This document shows, piece by piece, positions 1 through 7,553 of a stretch of 24,000 bases of DNA. How positions within the stretch are numbered: position 1 is the first letter of the stretch; every line of letters starts with the position of its first letter. The notes under the pieces are model-generated. The model was given only the letters and a program-made list of their open reading frames with translations. It did not search any database and was not told where the DNA came from. The position numbers and the translations under genes were made by a program. The stretch is from Erysipelotrichaceae bacterium OPF54 (GTDB lineage: Bacteria; Bacillota_I; Bacilli_A; Erysipelotrichales; Erysipelotrichaceae). The stretch covers positions 139,659 to 163,658 of the forward strand of contig BQKD01000001.1 in the NCBI GenBank assembly GCA_022834735.1, in the 5' to 3' direction.

Positions 1-105
1 TCCTCCTGTCAGCTGTGCAGGAAACAAATGGAAAAACGTAATGGCCAGGATCGCAAAGCCTTTCAGCGCATTGATCCCGGCAATCGAACTCGATCGATGA
101 TTCAT
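1..105 (-). CDS. Acyltransferase family 3 (membrane O-acyltransferase-like) protein; N-terminal fragment that continues beyond the window start
   Basis: A reverse-strand ATG at 105-103 is preceded by a GAAAGGGA RBS. The translation MNHRSSSIAGINALKGFAILAITFFHLFPAQLTGG resembles the conserved N-terminus of acyltransferase_3 proteins. Only 35 codons are visible. Confidence 0.45.
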   Translation of the reverse strand, partial: MNHRSSSIAGINALKGFAILAITFFHLFPAQLTGG

Positions 106-229
106 GATAAGATCCCTTTCTTTTTCCATTAAAAGATAACAGAATTTTCATCTTTTTCCTAATGCTTTTCGGTTTTGGCAATATCCGAAAAATCTAATGA
201 TTTCTTGTATTTATGCATAAGATTCGCGC

Positions 230-283
230 AAAAAAAGCGCAGAACGCTCCGATCGGAATGCGGTCGTGTCCTGCGCTTTTCTT
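230..283. terminator. Bidirectional rho-independent terminator candidate downstream of the YitT-family gene
   Basis: GCGCAG (237-242) pairs with CTGCGC (271-276). An A-run (230-236) and a T-rich run (277-283) flank the stem. The loop is long and contains an internal CCGATCGG palindrome. Confidence 0.5.
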
Positions 284-288
284 CGTTT

Positions 289-1179
289 CTATTCAATAGG
301 CTTCTGATAAAATCGTCCATAGAAATTATCAATTTTATATGTGTATACTATAGCTTCCGGATCAACGTGTTTCAGACAGTCGATCACCGGCTTTTCTTCA
401 TAGCTGCTCACGATCGATTTGCACAGCGAGAACGGCTTGCCGCTGTAGCCGCCCTGCCCGTTCACGATGCTCATGCCATGACGGAAGTTTTTCTTGAACG
501 CCTGCGAGACGGCTTCGGGACGGGCTGTCGTCACCTCGACCATGATCTGCGCATAGCGGTGATAGAAGGTGGAAATGGTCCTTGTCGAAATGAACTGGAA
601 CACGATCGAATACCCTGCGTATTCCCACCCGAAAAATGATCCGAAGATCACGATGATGCACACATTGAACAGGAAAACCTGGTTCCAGATGCTTTTGTTG
701 CGCTTGTCCGAAATGTACATCGCGATGAAATCGGTCCCTCCGGTCGAGCCTTCGGTGCGCAGAGCAATGACAGAAACAAAGCCGTACAGAAAGCCGCCGA
801 ACATGACGTTCAGGAACAGATCGTTGAAGATCGGCTGGAAATGACACACATCCAGAAGAAGCGAGGTCAGAGCGAACTGGATGCAGCTCAGCAGCGTGAA
901 CCGCTTGGAAATGTGCCTGCTGCAAAGCAGGGCGGCCGGAATGTTCAAGCACAGGATGCCAAGAGAAACCGATACCGGAAAGCCGGCCAGCGAAGTCAGC
1001 TTGTTGATCAGGATAGCAAGGCCCGTAAATCCGCTGGAAAGCAGGTTGGCCGGATCCATGAAGCTCTGGATCACGAAAGTCTGAAGGATCGAGCTGACCA
1101 TGATCCAGAAGATGGAAAAGGCCAGCCGTGTCTGTTTGTTCTTGATCGAAGTCGTATCAAATATATTTATCATAATCAT
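289..1179 (-). CDS. YitT-family membrane protein (multi-TM region plus C-terminal DUF2179-like domain)
   Basis: ORF 289..1188 has a hydrophobic multi-TM N-terminal part and the GGTDF motif typical of YitT/UPF0750. Its C-terminal soluble domain contains the segments MVEVTTARPEAV, IVNGQGGYSGKP and EKPVI. The ORF track starts at a GTG (1188). The ATG at 1179 has an AGGTG RBS about 6 nt upstream, and the ATG at 1173 is also possible. Confidence 0.85.
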   Translation of the reverse strand: MIMINIFDTTSIKNKQTRLAFSIFWIMVSSILQTFVIQSFMDPANLLSSGFTGLAILINKLTSLAGFPVSVSLGILCLNIPAALLCSRHISKRFTLLSCIQFALTSLLLDVCHFQPIFNDLFLNVMFGGFLYGFVSVIALRTEGSTGGTDFIAMYISDKRNKSIWNQVFLFNVCIIVIFGSFFGWEYAGYSIVFQFISTRTISTFYHRYAQIMVEVTTARPEAVSQAFKKNFRHGMSIVNGQGGYSGKPFSLCKSIVSSYEEKPVIDCLKHVDPEAIVYTYKIDNFYGRFYQKPIE

Positions 1180-1227
1180 CACCTGCACCTAGTATAAGAA
1201 GCTGGTATCAAAAATAGAAGAAACCAT

Positions 1228-1282
1228 TTCCTAACGCTAGGAAACACTTCGGAACAAGTTAGGAAATCCTGTGCATTACAAT
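1228..1282 (+). promoter_or_regulatory. Candidate activator-dependent promoter of the PRD regulator gene: TTCCTA-ACGC-TAGGAA palindrome, 33 nt, then a TACAAT -10 box
   Basis: A perfect inverted repeat is formed by TTCCTA (1228-1233) and TAGGAA (1238-1243). TACAAT lies at 1277-1282 and an extra TAGGAAA half-site at 1260-1266. The same palindrome, spacing and hexamer recur at 4172-4226. Confidence 0.45.
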
Positions 1283-1300
1283 ACAAACTGAGGAGGACAT

Positions 1301-3217
1301 ATGCTCACACAACGACAGAAAAAGATCTGTGAGATCCTGCGCCGGCACACCTGGCTCAAAGGCAAGGAGCTTGCCGCCATGCTTGGCGTTACCGACCGGA
1401 CCATACGCAGCGATATCGAAACGATCAATATGGAAGGAAGCGGTCAGACCATCGAAGGCAATCCGCAGAAAGGGTATCATCTCATCCGTGAAAAAACCGA
1501 TGGATCGAATGCCGGCATGACACGCATACCGCAGACCCCTCTGGAACGCCAGGAATATATTGTCCGTACGCTTTTGTTCGATAAACGCGAACTGAATATG
1601 TATGAACTTCCGGAACAGCTCTGCGCAAGCATGTACACGATCGAAGCGGATGTGAAAACGATCCGTACGCATCTGACACAGTACGGCAATGTCCGGCTCG
1701 CAAAACAAAAAAACTGGATCTGGCTCGAAGGACAGGAAGGCAGTAAGCGCAAACTGTGCAAGGACATGCTCAACAAGGAACTCGAAGACAATTTTTCCAA
1801 TCTGAACGAAATGATCGGCCTGTACCCGAAATTCGATCTGCTGCGGGTCAAGGAAACGCTCGAAACAATATTGGAGGAGCATGACTACAAGATCCGCCCA
1901 TCCAGCATGCCGATGCTGCTCATGCATATCGGCATCGCCATCGAACGGATGCTCAATTTTCATTATCTTGAAAACAAAGATGTGGAAAACGGCCTGAGCG
2001 ATACGATCGAATACCAGATCGCTTCCACCTTTTTTGCGCGCATATCCCGCCAGATCCCGATCGAGATCAACGAAGCGGAGATCCGTCTGCTCACCCTGCT
2101 GCTGCTTGGCAAGCGAAGCAAGGCCTATACGCAGGAGGAAGTGGAGACCGGCAGCGCCATGATCCGCATTCCGGATCTGGTGCAGACAATGCTCGACGAT
2201 GTATATCAGCGCTTCGATATCGACCTGCGCGCAGACAGGGAACTGCGCAACGGCATGGAACTGCATATCCGCTCGCTGCTCATGCGCCATGAGCAGAATG
2301 TCAGCGTCGACAATGTGTATCTCAATGATATCAAGATCAAGTTTCCGCTCATTTTCGAAATGGGCGTACAGGCGGCCCGCGCCCTTGAGCAGCAGCTCGA
2401 CTTTACGATCAGCGAAAGCGAGATCAGTTTTCTTGCCCTTCATCTTGGCAACGCGTTCAACCGGCTCCAGTCATCCGGAAAATATCAGGTCGTTATGATC
2501 TTTCCGGACGACCAGTCGCTCGCAAGACGATGCAAGGAAAAGATCGAATCGCGGTTCGGCGACCGGATCGAGATCACAGCCCAGATGAACGTGTTCGAAA
2601 AGGAAAGCATCGAACGGCTCGAGCCCGATCTTATCCTTTCGTCCGTATATCTCAAGCACGATCTGCCCGTGCCGACACTGACCATCTCGCTTTTCATGAA
2701 CTACGAAGATGAAAGCGAGATCTTTCAGGCACTCAATCAGCTGGATAAAAAACGGACAAGCGGCCAGTTTCAGAGAATGATCAGGGAACTGATCATGCCC
2801 GATTTCTTTTATCCGCATCTGCAGGCGGAAAACGAACAGGAAGTCATAGAAACAATGTGCAATACCCTGACAGAAAAAGGATATGTGGGCAAAGACTACT
2901 ACACGCAGGTGCTCGAACGCGAACGGACCGCATCCACCTCGTTTTACACCGGCTTCGCGCTGCCGCACACCTTTGAAGGAACTGTCCTGAAACCGGCCAT
3001 ATCGATCGCGATCCTGGACAAGCCGCTGCGCTGGGGCCAGTTCGACGTCCAGCTCGTGATCCTGCTCGCCATACGGGATGTCGATCAGAATCTGCTCCGG
3101 GTCTTTTTTGACTGGCTCGCCCACTTCGTATCGGACGAGAAGCAGTTTCAGGACCTTATCAATCAGCGGGATGTCCATTTGTTTATCGAAACCATCACAA
3201 AGGAGGAAGAAAGATGA
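1301..3217 (+). CDS. PRD-domain transcriptional regulator (LicR/MtlR type: HTH, two PRDs, EIIB-like and EIIA-like domains)
   Basis: The 638-aa ORF has a GAGGAGG RBS. An N-terminal HTH is visible (LKGKELAAMLGVTDRTIRSDIE). The central regions are PRD-like and histidine-containing. The C-terminus is EIIA(Mtl/Fru)-like (FALPHT), and the gene sits directly upstream of PTS genes. Confidence 0.9.
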   Translation: MLTQRQKKICEILRRHTWLKGKELAAMLGVTDRTIRSDIETINMEGSGQTIEGNPQKGYHLIREKTDGSNAGMTRIPQTPLERQEYIVRTLLFDKRELNMYELPEQLCASMYTIEADVKTIRTHLTQYGNVRLAKQKNWIWLEGQEGSKRKLCKDMLNKELEDNFSNLNEMIGLYPKFDLLRVKETLETILEEHDYKIRPSSMPMLLMHIGIAIERMLNFHYLENKDVENGLSDTIEYQIASTFFARISRQIPIEINEAEIRLLTLLLLGKRSKAYTQEEVETGSAMIRIPDLVQTMLDDVYQRFDIDLRADRELRNGMELHIRSLLMRHEQNVSVDNVYLNDIKIKFPLIFEMGVQAARALEQQLDFTISESEISFLALHLGNAFNRLQSSGKYQVVMIFPDDQSLARRCKEKIESRFGDRIEITAQMNVFEKESIERLEPDLILSSVYLKHDLPVPTLTISLFMNYEDESEIFQALNQLDKKRTSGQFQRMIRELIMPDFFYPHLQAENEQEVIETMCNTLTEKGYVGKDYYTQVLERERTASTSFYTGFALPHTFEGTVLKPAISIAILDKPLRWGQFDVQLVILLAIRDVDQNLLRVFFDWLAHFVSDEKQFQDLINQRDVHLFIETITKEEER

Positions 3218-3825
3218 GAACACCGATCCGCCGTTTTTGCGCGATCCTCGACCAGCATACGACCAATGTCGAAGACGGGCGGCGCTTCGCCGCCTATCTG
3301 ATCGACTGGTTCTTGAGCGCCTTGTGCATGATGCTGCCAATGTGCCTGAGCTGGCTGTATGTAACAAAAGAAGTGGAAACGATGCGTTATGTCAATGTAT
3401 GGACGCTGCAGACGCTGCTCGGCACAAAAAGCGCTTTGCTCATTGCCCTGGCTGCTCTGGCGTGCGCCCTGTTTTACGAAGTCATCGTGCCTTGGAAGAT
3501 CTATCCGGGACAGACGATCGGCAAACGTGTCATGGGTTACCGCATGGAAACAAAAGACGGGCACACGCCCGGACTGATGGCTCTGCTTTTGCGCCAGGGA
3601 CTTGGACTGTTCGTCCTGGAAGGATGTCTGTTCAATGCCAGCGCCCTCATCTCGAACGCGATCTCGATGGTATCCGGACTGAATGTGACCGGGATCTTTT
3701 TGTGGGCTTCGATCGTCCTCACGATCATTTCGCTGATCATTGCTCTTTCATCGCCCAGCCGGCGCATGCTGCACGACTACCTGGCAAAAACGCACGTGGT
3801 CCGCACAGAAGAAACGACAAAATAA
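3214..3825 (+). CDS. RDD-family integral membrane protein
   Basis: The start overlaps the regulator stop (ATGA). The N-terminal RRFAAYLIDW motif, several TM segments and the C-terminal RRMLHDYLAKT motif are typical of the RDD domain. Confidence 0.8.
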   Translation: MRTPIRRFCAILDQHTTNVEDGRRFAAYLIDWFLSALCMMLPMCLSWLYVTKEVETMRYVNVWTLQTLLGTKSALLIALAALACALFYEVIVPWKIYPGQTIGKRVMGYRMETKDGHTPGLMALLLRQGLGLFVLEGCLFNASALISNAISMVSGLNVTGIFLWASIVLTIISLIIALSSPSRRMLHDYLAKTHVVRTEETTK

Positions 3826-3851
3826 ATAAAAAAAGGGAAGGTACAATCAAT

Positions 3852-4178
3852 ATGGAAAATATGGAACTCATTTGTTTTCAGATCATCTCGAACGTAGGGA
3901 TGGCAAAAAGCGCGTATGTGGAAGCGATCCAGCTTGCCGAAAAAGGGGATTTTGACACGGCAGGAACGCGCATGAAAGAAGGAAAGGAATTTTTTGTCAA
4001 AGGACACGAAGCGCATGCCGGGCTCATCCAGAAAGAGGCGGCCGGAGAAAAAACGAACGTCAGCCTGCTGCTCATGCATGCCGAAGATCAGCTCATGAGC
4101 GCAGAAACGATCGAGCTGATGGCAAACACGGCAATCCGCAACCTGGCTCGCATTGCCGAACTGGAAAAAAATTCCTAG
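3852..4178 (+). CDS. PTS lactose/cellobiose-family EIIA component
   Basis: A 108-aa protein (MENMELICFQIISNVGMAKS...HEAHAGLIQKEA...LLLMHAEDQLMSAE) matches the helical EIIA(Lac/Cel) pattern, including the conserved His. A GGGAAGG RBS lies upstream of the ATG at 3852. The longer ORF 3078..4178 is an artefactual 5' extension. Confidence 0.9.
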   Translation: MENMELICFQIISNVGMAKSAYVEAIQLAEKGDFDTAGTRMKEGKEFFVKGHEAHAGLIQKEAAGEKTNVSLLLMHAEDQLMSAETIELMANTAIRNLARIAELEKNS

Positions 4179-4226
4179 AACTAGGAACGAGCATTCTGAA
4201 AAGAATGACAGCGCTTTCGATACAAT
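4172..4226 (+). promoter_or_regulatory. Candidate activator-dependent internal promoter for EIIB/EIIC: TTCCTA-GAAC-TAGGAA palindrome, 33 nt, then a TACAAT -10 box
   Basis: The perfect palindrome 4172-4187 overlaps the EIIA stop codon. TACAAT lies at 4221-4226. The geometry is identical to 1228-1282, with the palindrome centre 41.5 nt before the hexamer. Confidence 0.45.
4206..4219. promoter_or_regulatory. cre-like (CcpA-type) catabolite-responsive element candidate
   Basis: TGACAGCGCTTTCG matches the idealised cre palindrome TGAAAGCGCTTTCA at 12 of 14 positions. It abuts the candidate -10 box. Two mismatches fall at conserved positions. Confidence 0.3.
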
Positions 4227-4250
4227 ACGATCAACAGGAGGATTCACATT

Positions 4251-4577
4251 ATGAAAAAAATCTATTTATTTTGCAGTGCAGGCATGTCCACAAGCATGCT
4301 CGCATCCATGATGCAGGCCTGCGCCGACAGTCACAAGCTGCCGCTCGAGATCAAGGCGTTCTCGCACAACAAGCTCGAAGAGATCATTGCCAGCGACCGC
4401 CCGGACTGTATTCTGCTCGGACCGCAGGTCAAGTACATGTATGAGGAAACGGTTGCTAAATTCGGACATGAAGGCATCCCGATCGCCGTGATCGACGCGG
4501 GGGACTACGGAATGATGAACGGCGAAAAAGTTCTCAAGACAACGCTTGGCATCATGAAAAAAGCGAAACAAAAATAA
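4251..4577 (+). CDS. PTS lactose/cellobiose-family EIIB component
   Basis: The 108-aa protein begins MKKIYLFCSAGMSTSML, which contains the canonical EIIB(Cel) phospho-cysteine loop. An AGGAGG RBS is present. Confidence 0.9.
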   Translation: MKKIYLFCSAGMSTSMLASMMQACADSHKLPLEIKAFSHNKLEEIIASDRPDCILLGPQVKYMYEETVAKFGHEGIPIAVIDAGDYGMMNGEKVLKTTLGIMKKAKQK

Positions 4578-4598
4578 TGAAATAACGAGGTTTTGGAA

Positions 4599-6002
4599 AT
4601 GGACAAATTAGAAAAACTGCTGATGCCGCTCGCGTCAGCTATCGGTAAAAACAAATATTTAATGGCCATCAGGGACGGCTTTCTGATCTCGACCCCGCTG
4701 CTGATCGTCGGATCGGTGTTCCTGCTGCTCGCCAACTTCCCGATCGCGGCCTGGACCGATTTTGTGGAAAACTGCATGATCGGCGACTTCTCGCTTGCCA
4801 CGCTGCTTTCCAAACAGTCAGATGCCACTTTTACGATCATGGCTATCTTCGCCACTATGGGAATCGGCTATTACTTTGCCCGCGAAATGAAGACGACGCC
4901 GATCTTCGGCGCAGCCGTAGCTCTCATGTCGTGGTTCATCTTGATGCCGTACAACTTTACGGCAAAAATTGCCGGGCTCGCGGATGCGACCGGTGTGGCA
5001 GTCAACGTACCGGAAGGTGCGACAAGCCTTGTACGCGGCCTTGATCTTGGATGGCTTGGCGCCAAAGGAATCTTTGTCGGCATCCTGTGCGCCATCTTGA
5101 GCGTGCACCTGTATGCATGGGTAGAGAAGAAGGGCTGGGTCATCAAGATGCCGGCTGGCGTTCCGCCTACGGTCGTCGCTTCGTTTGCCGCCCTTATTCC
5201 GGCCGGCATCGTCATGCTCGTCTTCTTTTTGATCAATATGCTTTTTGCGGCATGCGGAACGAACGCGTTCGAATTTATCTTTCAGTTCCTGCAGACCCCG
5301 CTGCTCGGATTAGGCGATACGCTTGGCGCCATGATCGTGGCCTACATTTTCCTGCATCTGTTCTGGTTCTTCGGGATCAACGGCGGTTCGGTCGTAGGCG
5401 CGGTATTCAATCCGATCCTGCAGACGCTTGCGCTCGAGAACCTGAACCTGTATCGTGAAGTCGGAGCTGCCGGCTATACGGTTCAGAATGGTGCCCATAT
5501 CATTTCGCAGCAGTTCCAGGATCTGTTTGCCACATTCGGCGGTGCCGGATCCACGCTCTCGCTGCTCATCGCGATGCTGCTGTTCTGCCGCTCGAAACGA
5601 ATCAAGGATCTTGGCAAGCTCTCGCTCGTTCCGGGAATCTTCGGGATCAACGAGCCGATCATTTTCGGTCTGCCGATCGTCCTCAACCCGGTCATGCTCA
5701 TTCCGTTCGTGCTCGTGCCGACAGTCAATATCATCCTGTCGTACTTTGCGATGAATATGGGCATGTTCCCGCCATGCAACGGGATCAACATCCCTTGGAC
5801 GATGCCGGTCATCATTTCAGGCTTTTTGGCAACCAACTGGGTAGGTGCCCTGTTCCAGGCCGGACTGCTCGTGCTGGGCGTGTTCATCTACCTGCCATTC
5901 ATCAAGGCAATGGACAAGCAGTATCTCGAGGATGAACAAAAAGCGATGGAAAACCAGGAAGAGGAAATCGATCTTGATGATTTCTCCTTTGACGATCTTT
6001 GA
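4599..6002 (+). CDS. PTS lactose/cellobiose-family EIIC permease
   Basis: This is a polytopic membrane protein of about 467 aa with typical EIIC(Cel) segments (LMAIRDGF, GINGGSV, GINEPIIFGLPIVLNP). The ORF track begins at a TTG (4593). The ATG at 4599 has an ACGAGG RBS 8 nt upstream. Confidence 0.9.
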   Translation: MDKLEKLLMPLASAIGKNKYLMAIRDGFLISTPLLIVGSVFLLLANFPIAAWTDFVENCMIGDFSLATLLSKQSDATFTIMAIFATMGIGYYFAREMKTTPIFGAAVALMSWFILMPYNFTAKIAGLADATGVAVNVPEGATSLVRGLDLGWLGAKGIFVGILCAILSVHLYAWVEKKGWVIKMPAGVPPTVVASFAALIPAGIVMLVFFLINMLFAACGTNAFEFIFQFLQTPLLGLGDTLGAMIVAYIFLHLFWFFGINGGSVVGAVFNPILQTLALENLNLYREVGAAGYTVQNGAHIISQQFQDLFATFGGAGSTLSLLIAMLLFCRSKRIKDLGKLSLVPGIFGINEPIIFGLPIVLNPVMLIPFVLVPTVNIILSYFAMNMGMFPPCNGINIPWTMPVIISGFLATNWVGALFQAGLLVLGVFIYLPFIKAMDKQYLEDEQKAMENQEEEIDLDDFSFDDL

Positions 6003-6025
6003 TGAGAAACAAGGAGGACAGGACA

Positions 6026-6541
6026 ATGAAAGTGATCATGATCTATGACCAGATCCAGGCCGGTGCCGGAACGAAAGACGATAAGATGATCGGATTGAAG
6101 GCGACCAAGGAAACCGTCGGTCCGGCCGTGATGATGGACCGCTATCTGAAAGCGAACGACGAACATGTCATCGCTACGCTGTACTGCGGCAACGGCTACT
6201 TCATGGAACATCAGCAGGAAGTCGTGCATAAGCTGTGCGCGATGGTCAAAAAGCTGAACGCGGACGGCGTGATGTGCGGGCCGGCATTCAACTATGCCGA
6301 ATTCGCTCTCATGTGCGCCATGGTGGCCGATCAGCTCAAAAAGGAAAATATCCCGGTCGTTGCTGCGATGTCCGCAGAAAACGAAACGACCATCGAACAA
6401 TACAGAAACAGCATTCCGATCGTCCGCTGCCCGAAAAAAGGCGGGACCGGACTGAACGAGACCTTGTCCAATATGTGCCGGGCACTGCACGATATCGCAC
6501 AAGGCCAGCCGATCGCCGATCAGTCGGAAATTTGTTTTTAA
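6026..6541 (+). CDS. Small GrdB-N-terminal-like protein (glycine/sarcosine/betaine reductase component B family fold), function unknown
   Basis: The 171-aa protein resembles the N-terminal third of GrdB at three points: the start MKVIMIYDQIQAGAGTKDD (GrdB has ..HYINQFFAG.GGE.KAD), the segment CGNGYF..EVV.KL..MVKKLNADGVMCGPAFNYAEFALMCA, and IPVVAAMSAEN. The AAGGAGGA RBS favours the ATG at 6026 over the TTG at 5999. There is no in-frame TGA. Confidence 0.6.
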   Translation: MKVIMIYDQIQAGAGTKDDKMIGLKATKETVGPAVMMDRYLKANDEHVIATLYCGNGYFMEHQQEVVHKLCAMVKKLNADGVMCGPAFNYAEFALMCAMVADQLKKENIPVVAAMSAENETTIEQYRNSIPIVRCPKKGGTGLNETLSNMCRALHDIAQGQPIADQSEICF

Positions 6542-6564
6542 AGAGAGCCCGGCTCTCTTTTTTT
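6542..6564 (+). terminator. Rho-independent terminator or attenuator after the GrdB-like gene
   Basis: AGAGAGC (6542-6548) pairs with GCTCTCT (6552-6558) across a 3-nt loop, followed by TTTTTT (6559-6564). Confidence 0.6.
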
Positions 6565-6592
6565 AAGGAAAAGGAACAGAGGTAACAGGAAC

Positions 6593-7552
6593 ATGTATGG
6601 AATTATCGCAACATGGAGAATGGCGCTCGAAGGCATTACAAAAGCAGAAGAGATGCTCAAAGAACATGCCGACGCAGGCGATGCGATCGAGACAGCCATC
6701 CGCGAAGTGGAAGATTTTGAATATTATAAAAGCATAGGATACGGCGGACTGCCCAACGAGGAAATGCAGGTCGAGCTCGATGCCGCCTATATGGACGGCG
6801 ATACGTTCGATATCGGCTGCGTGGCCGCCATCAAGGATTTCGCCAATCCGGTATCGATTGCCAGAGCGCTCTCGAAAGAGCCTGTCAACAACTTTCTTGT
6901 CGGGGCAGGCGCAGAGAAGTACGCCCATAAAATGGGATTTGAGCGCAAGAACATGCTCACCGAAAGAGCGCGGATCCATTATCACAACCGCATGAAGGAA
7001 GTGCGCGAGCTCGAGCTCAAACCGTATTCCGGACATGACACGGTCGGCATGGTCTGCCTGGATGAGCGCCATCATATGGTCGCTGCCACATCGACCAGCG
7101 GCCTGTTCATGAAGCGGGCTGGGCGCGTCGGCGACTCTCCGATCTCGGGCTCCGGATTTTATGTCGATTCCGAAGTAGGCGGAGCAAGCGCCACCGGGCT
7201 CGGAGAAGATCTGATGAAAGGATGCATTTCCTATGAGATCGTCCGGCTCATGAAAGAAGGGCTGCATCCGCAGCAGGCATGCGAAAAAGCCGTCGCCAAT
7301 CTGGACGAGCAGCTCAGGCGCCGCCGGACAAAAGCGGGCGACCTCTCGCTGATTGCCATGAACAATAAAGGCGAATGGGGCGTGGCTACCAATATCGAAG
7401 GCTTCTCCTTTGCGGTAGCGACCGAAAACGAAGCGCCGCAGGTCTATCTGGTAAAATTCGATGAAGACAGGAACCAGTACATCGAAAAGGCGAGCGATGA
7501 ATGGATGGACAACTATATGAAGACGCGCACCGCGCCTCTGGAGCGCAAGTAG
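6593..7552 (+). CDS. N4-(beta-N-acetylglucosaminyl)-L-asparaginase / isoaspartyl-peptidase family Ntn hydrolase (asparaginase-2 family)
   Basis: The 319-aa protein carries the autoprocessing motif SGHDTVGMVCLD with the nucleophile Thr. Downstream segments GRVGDSPISGSGFY and GASATGLGEDLM are typical of glycosylasparaginase/EcAIII-type enzymes. Confidence 0.85.
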   Translation: MYGIIATWRMALEGITKAEEMLKEHADAGDAIETAIREVEDFEYYKSIGYGGLPNEEMQVELDAAYMDGDTFDIGCVAAIKDFANPVSIARALSKEPVNNFLVGAGAEKYAHKMGFERKNMLTERARIHYHNRMKEVRELELKPYSGHDTVGMVCLDERHHMVAATSTSGLFMKRAGRVGDSPISGSGFYVDSEVGGASATGLGEDLMKGCISYEIVRLMKEGLHPQQACEKAVANLDEQLRRRRTKAGDLSLIAMNNKGEWGVATNIEGFSFAVATENEAPQVYLVKFDEDRNQYIEKASDEWMDNYMKTRTAPLERK

Positions 7553-7553
7553 G

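Noticed and set aside
175-639. A 154-aa plus-strand ORF overlapping the 3' end of the YitT-family gene.
   Set aside because: It lies antisense to a well-supported membrane-protein gene, spans a terminator, and has no RBS or motifs.
1259-2443. A 394-aa minus-strand ORF antisense to the PRD regulator. Similar long antisense ORFs lie at 6563..7600, 10417..11961, 13385..14365, 17031..18110, 18231..19226, 18829..19791 and 20241..20996.
   Set aside because: Each lies entirely opposite a gene with clear family motifs. Their translations are R/H/F/D-rich and low in complexity, with no recognisable domains. They are shadow ORFs, explained by the scarcity of TTA/CTA/TCA codons on the sense strand.
3078-3851. 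The long N-terminal extension of the EIIA ORF (the 366-aa version).
   Set aside because: The extension overlaps the RDD gene in another frame and is R/A/P-rich with no motifs. A good RBS precedes the internal ATG at 3852, which yields a canonical 108-aa EIIA.
4593-4598. The upstream TTG/GTG or distant ATG starts proposed by the ORF track at 4593, 5999, 8534, 9407, 19120 and 21269.
   Set aside because: In each case an internal ATG with a properly spaced GGAGG-type RBS, or a stop-start overlap with the preceding gene, gives a product that begins where the family normally begins.
6026-6541. Possible selenocysteine recoding in the GrdB-like gene.
   Set aside because: There is no in-frame TGA. 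The ORF ends at TAA and is followed directly by a terminator, and the selenocysteine-bearing part of GrdB is simply absent.
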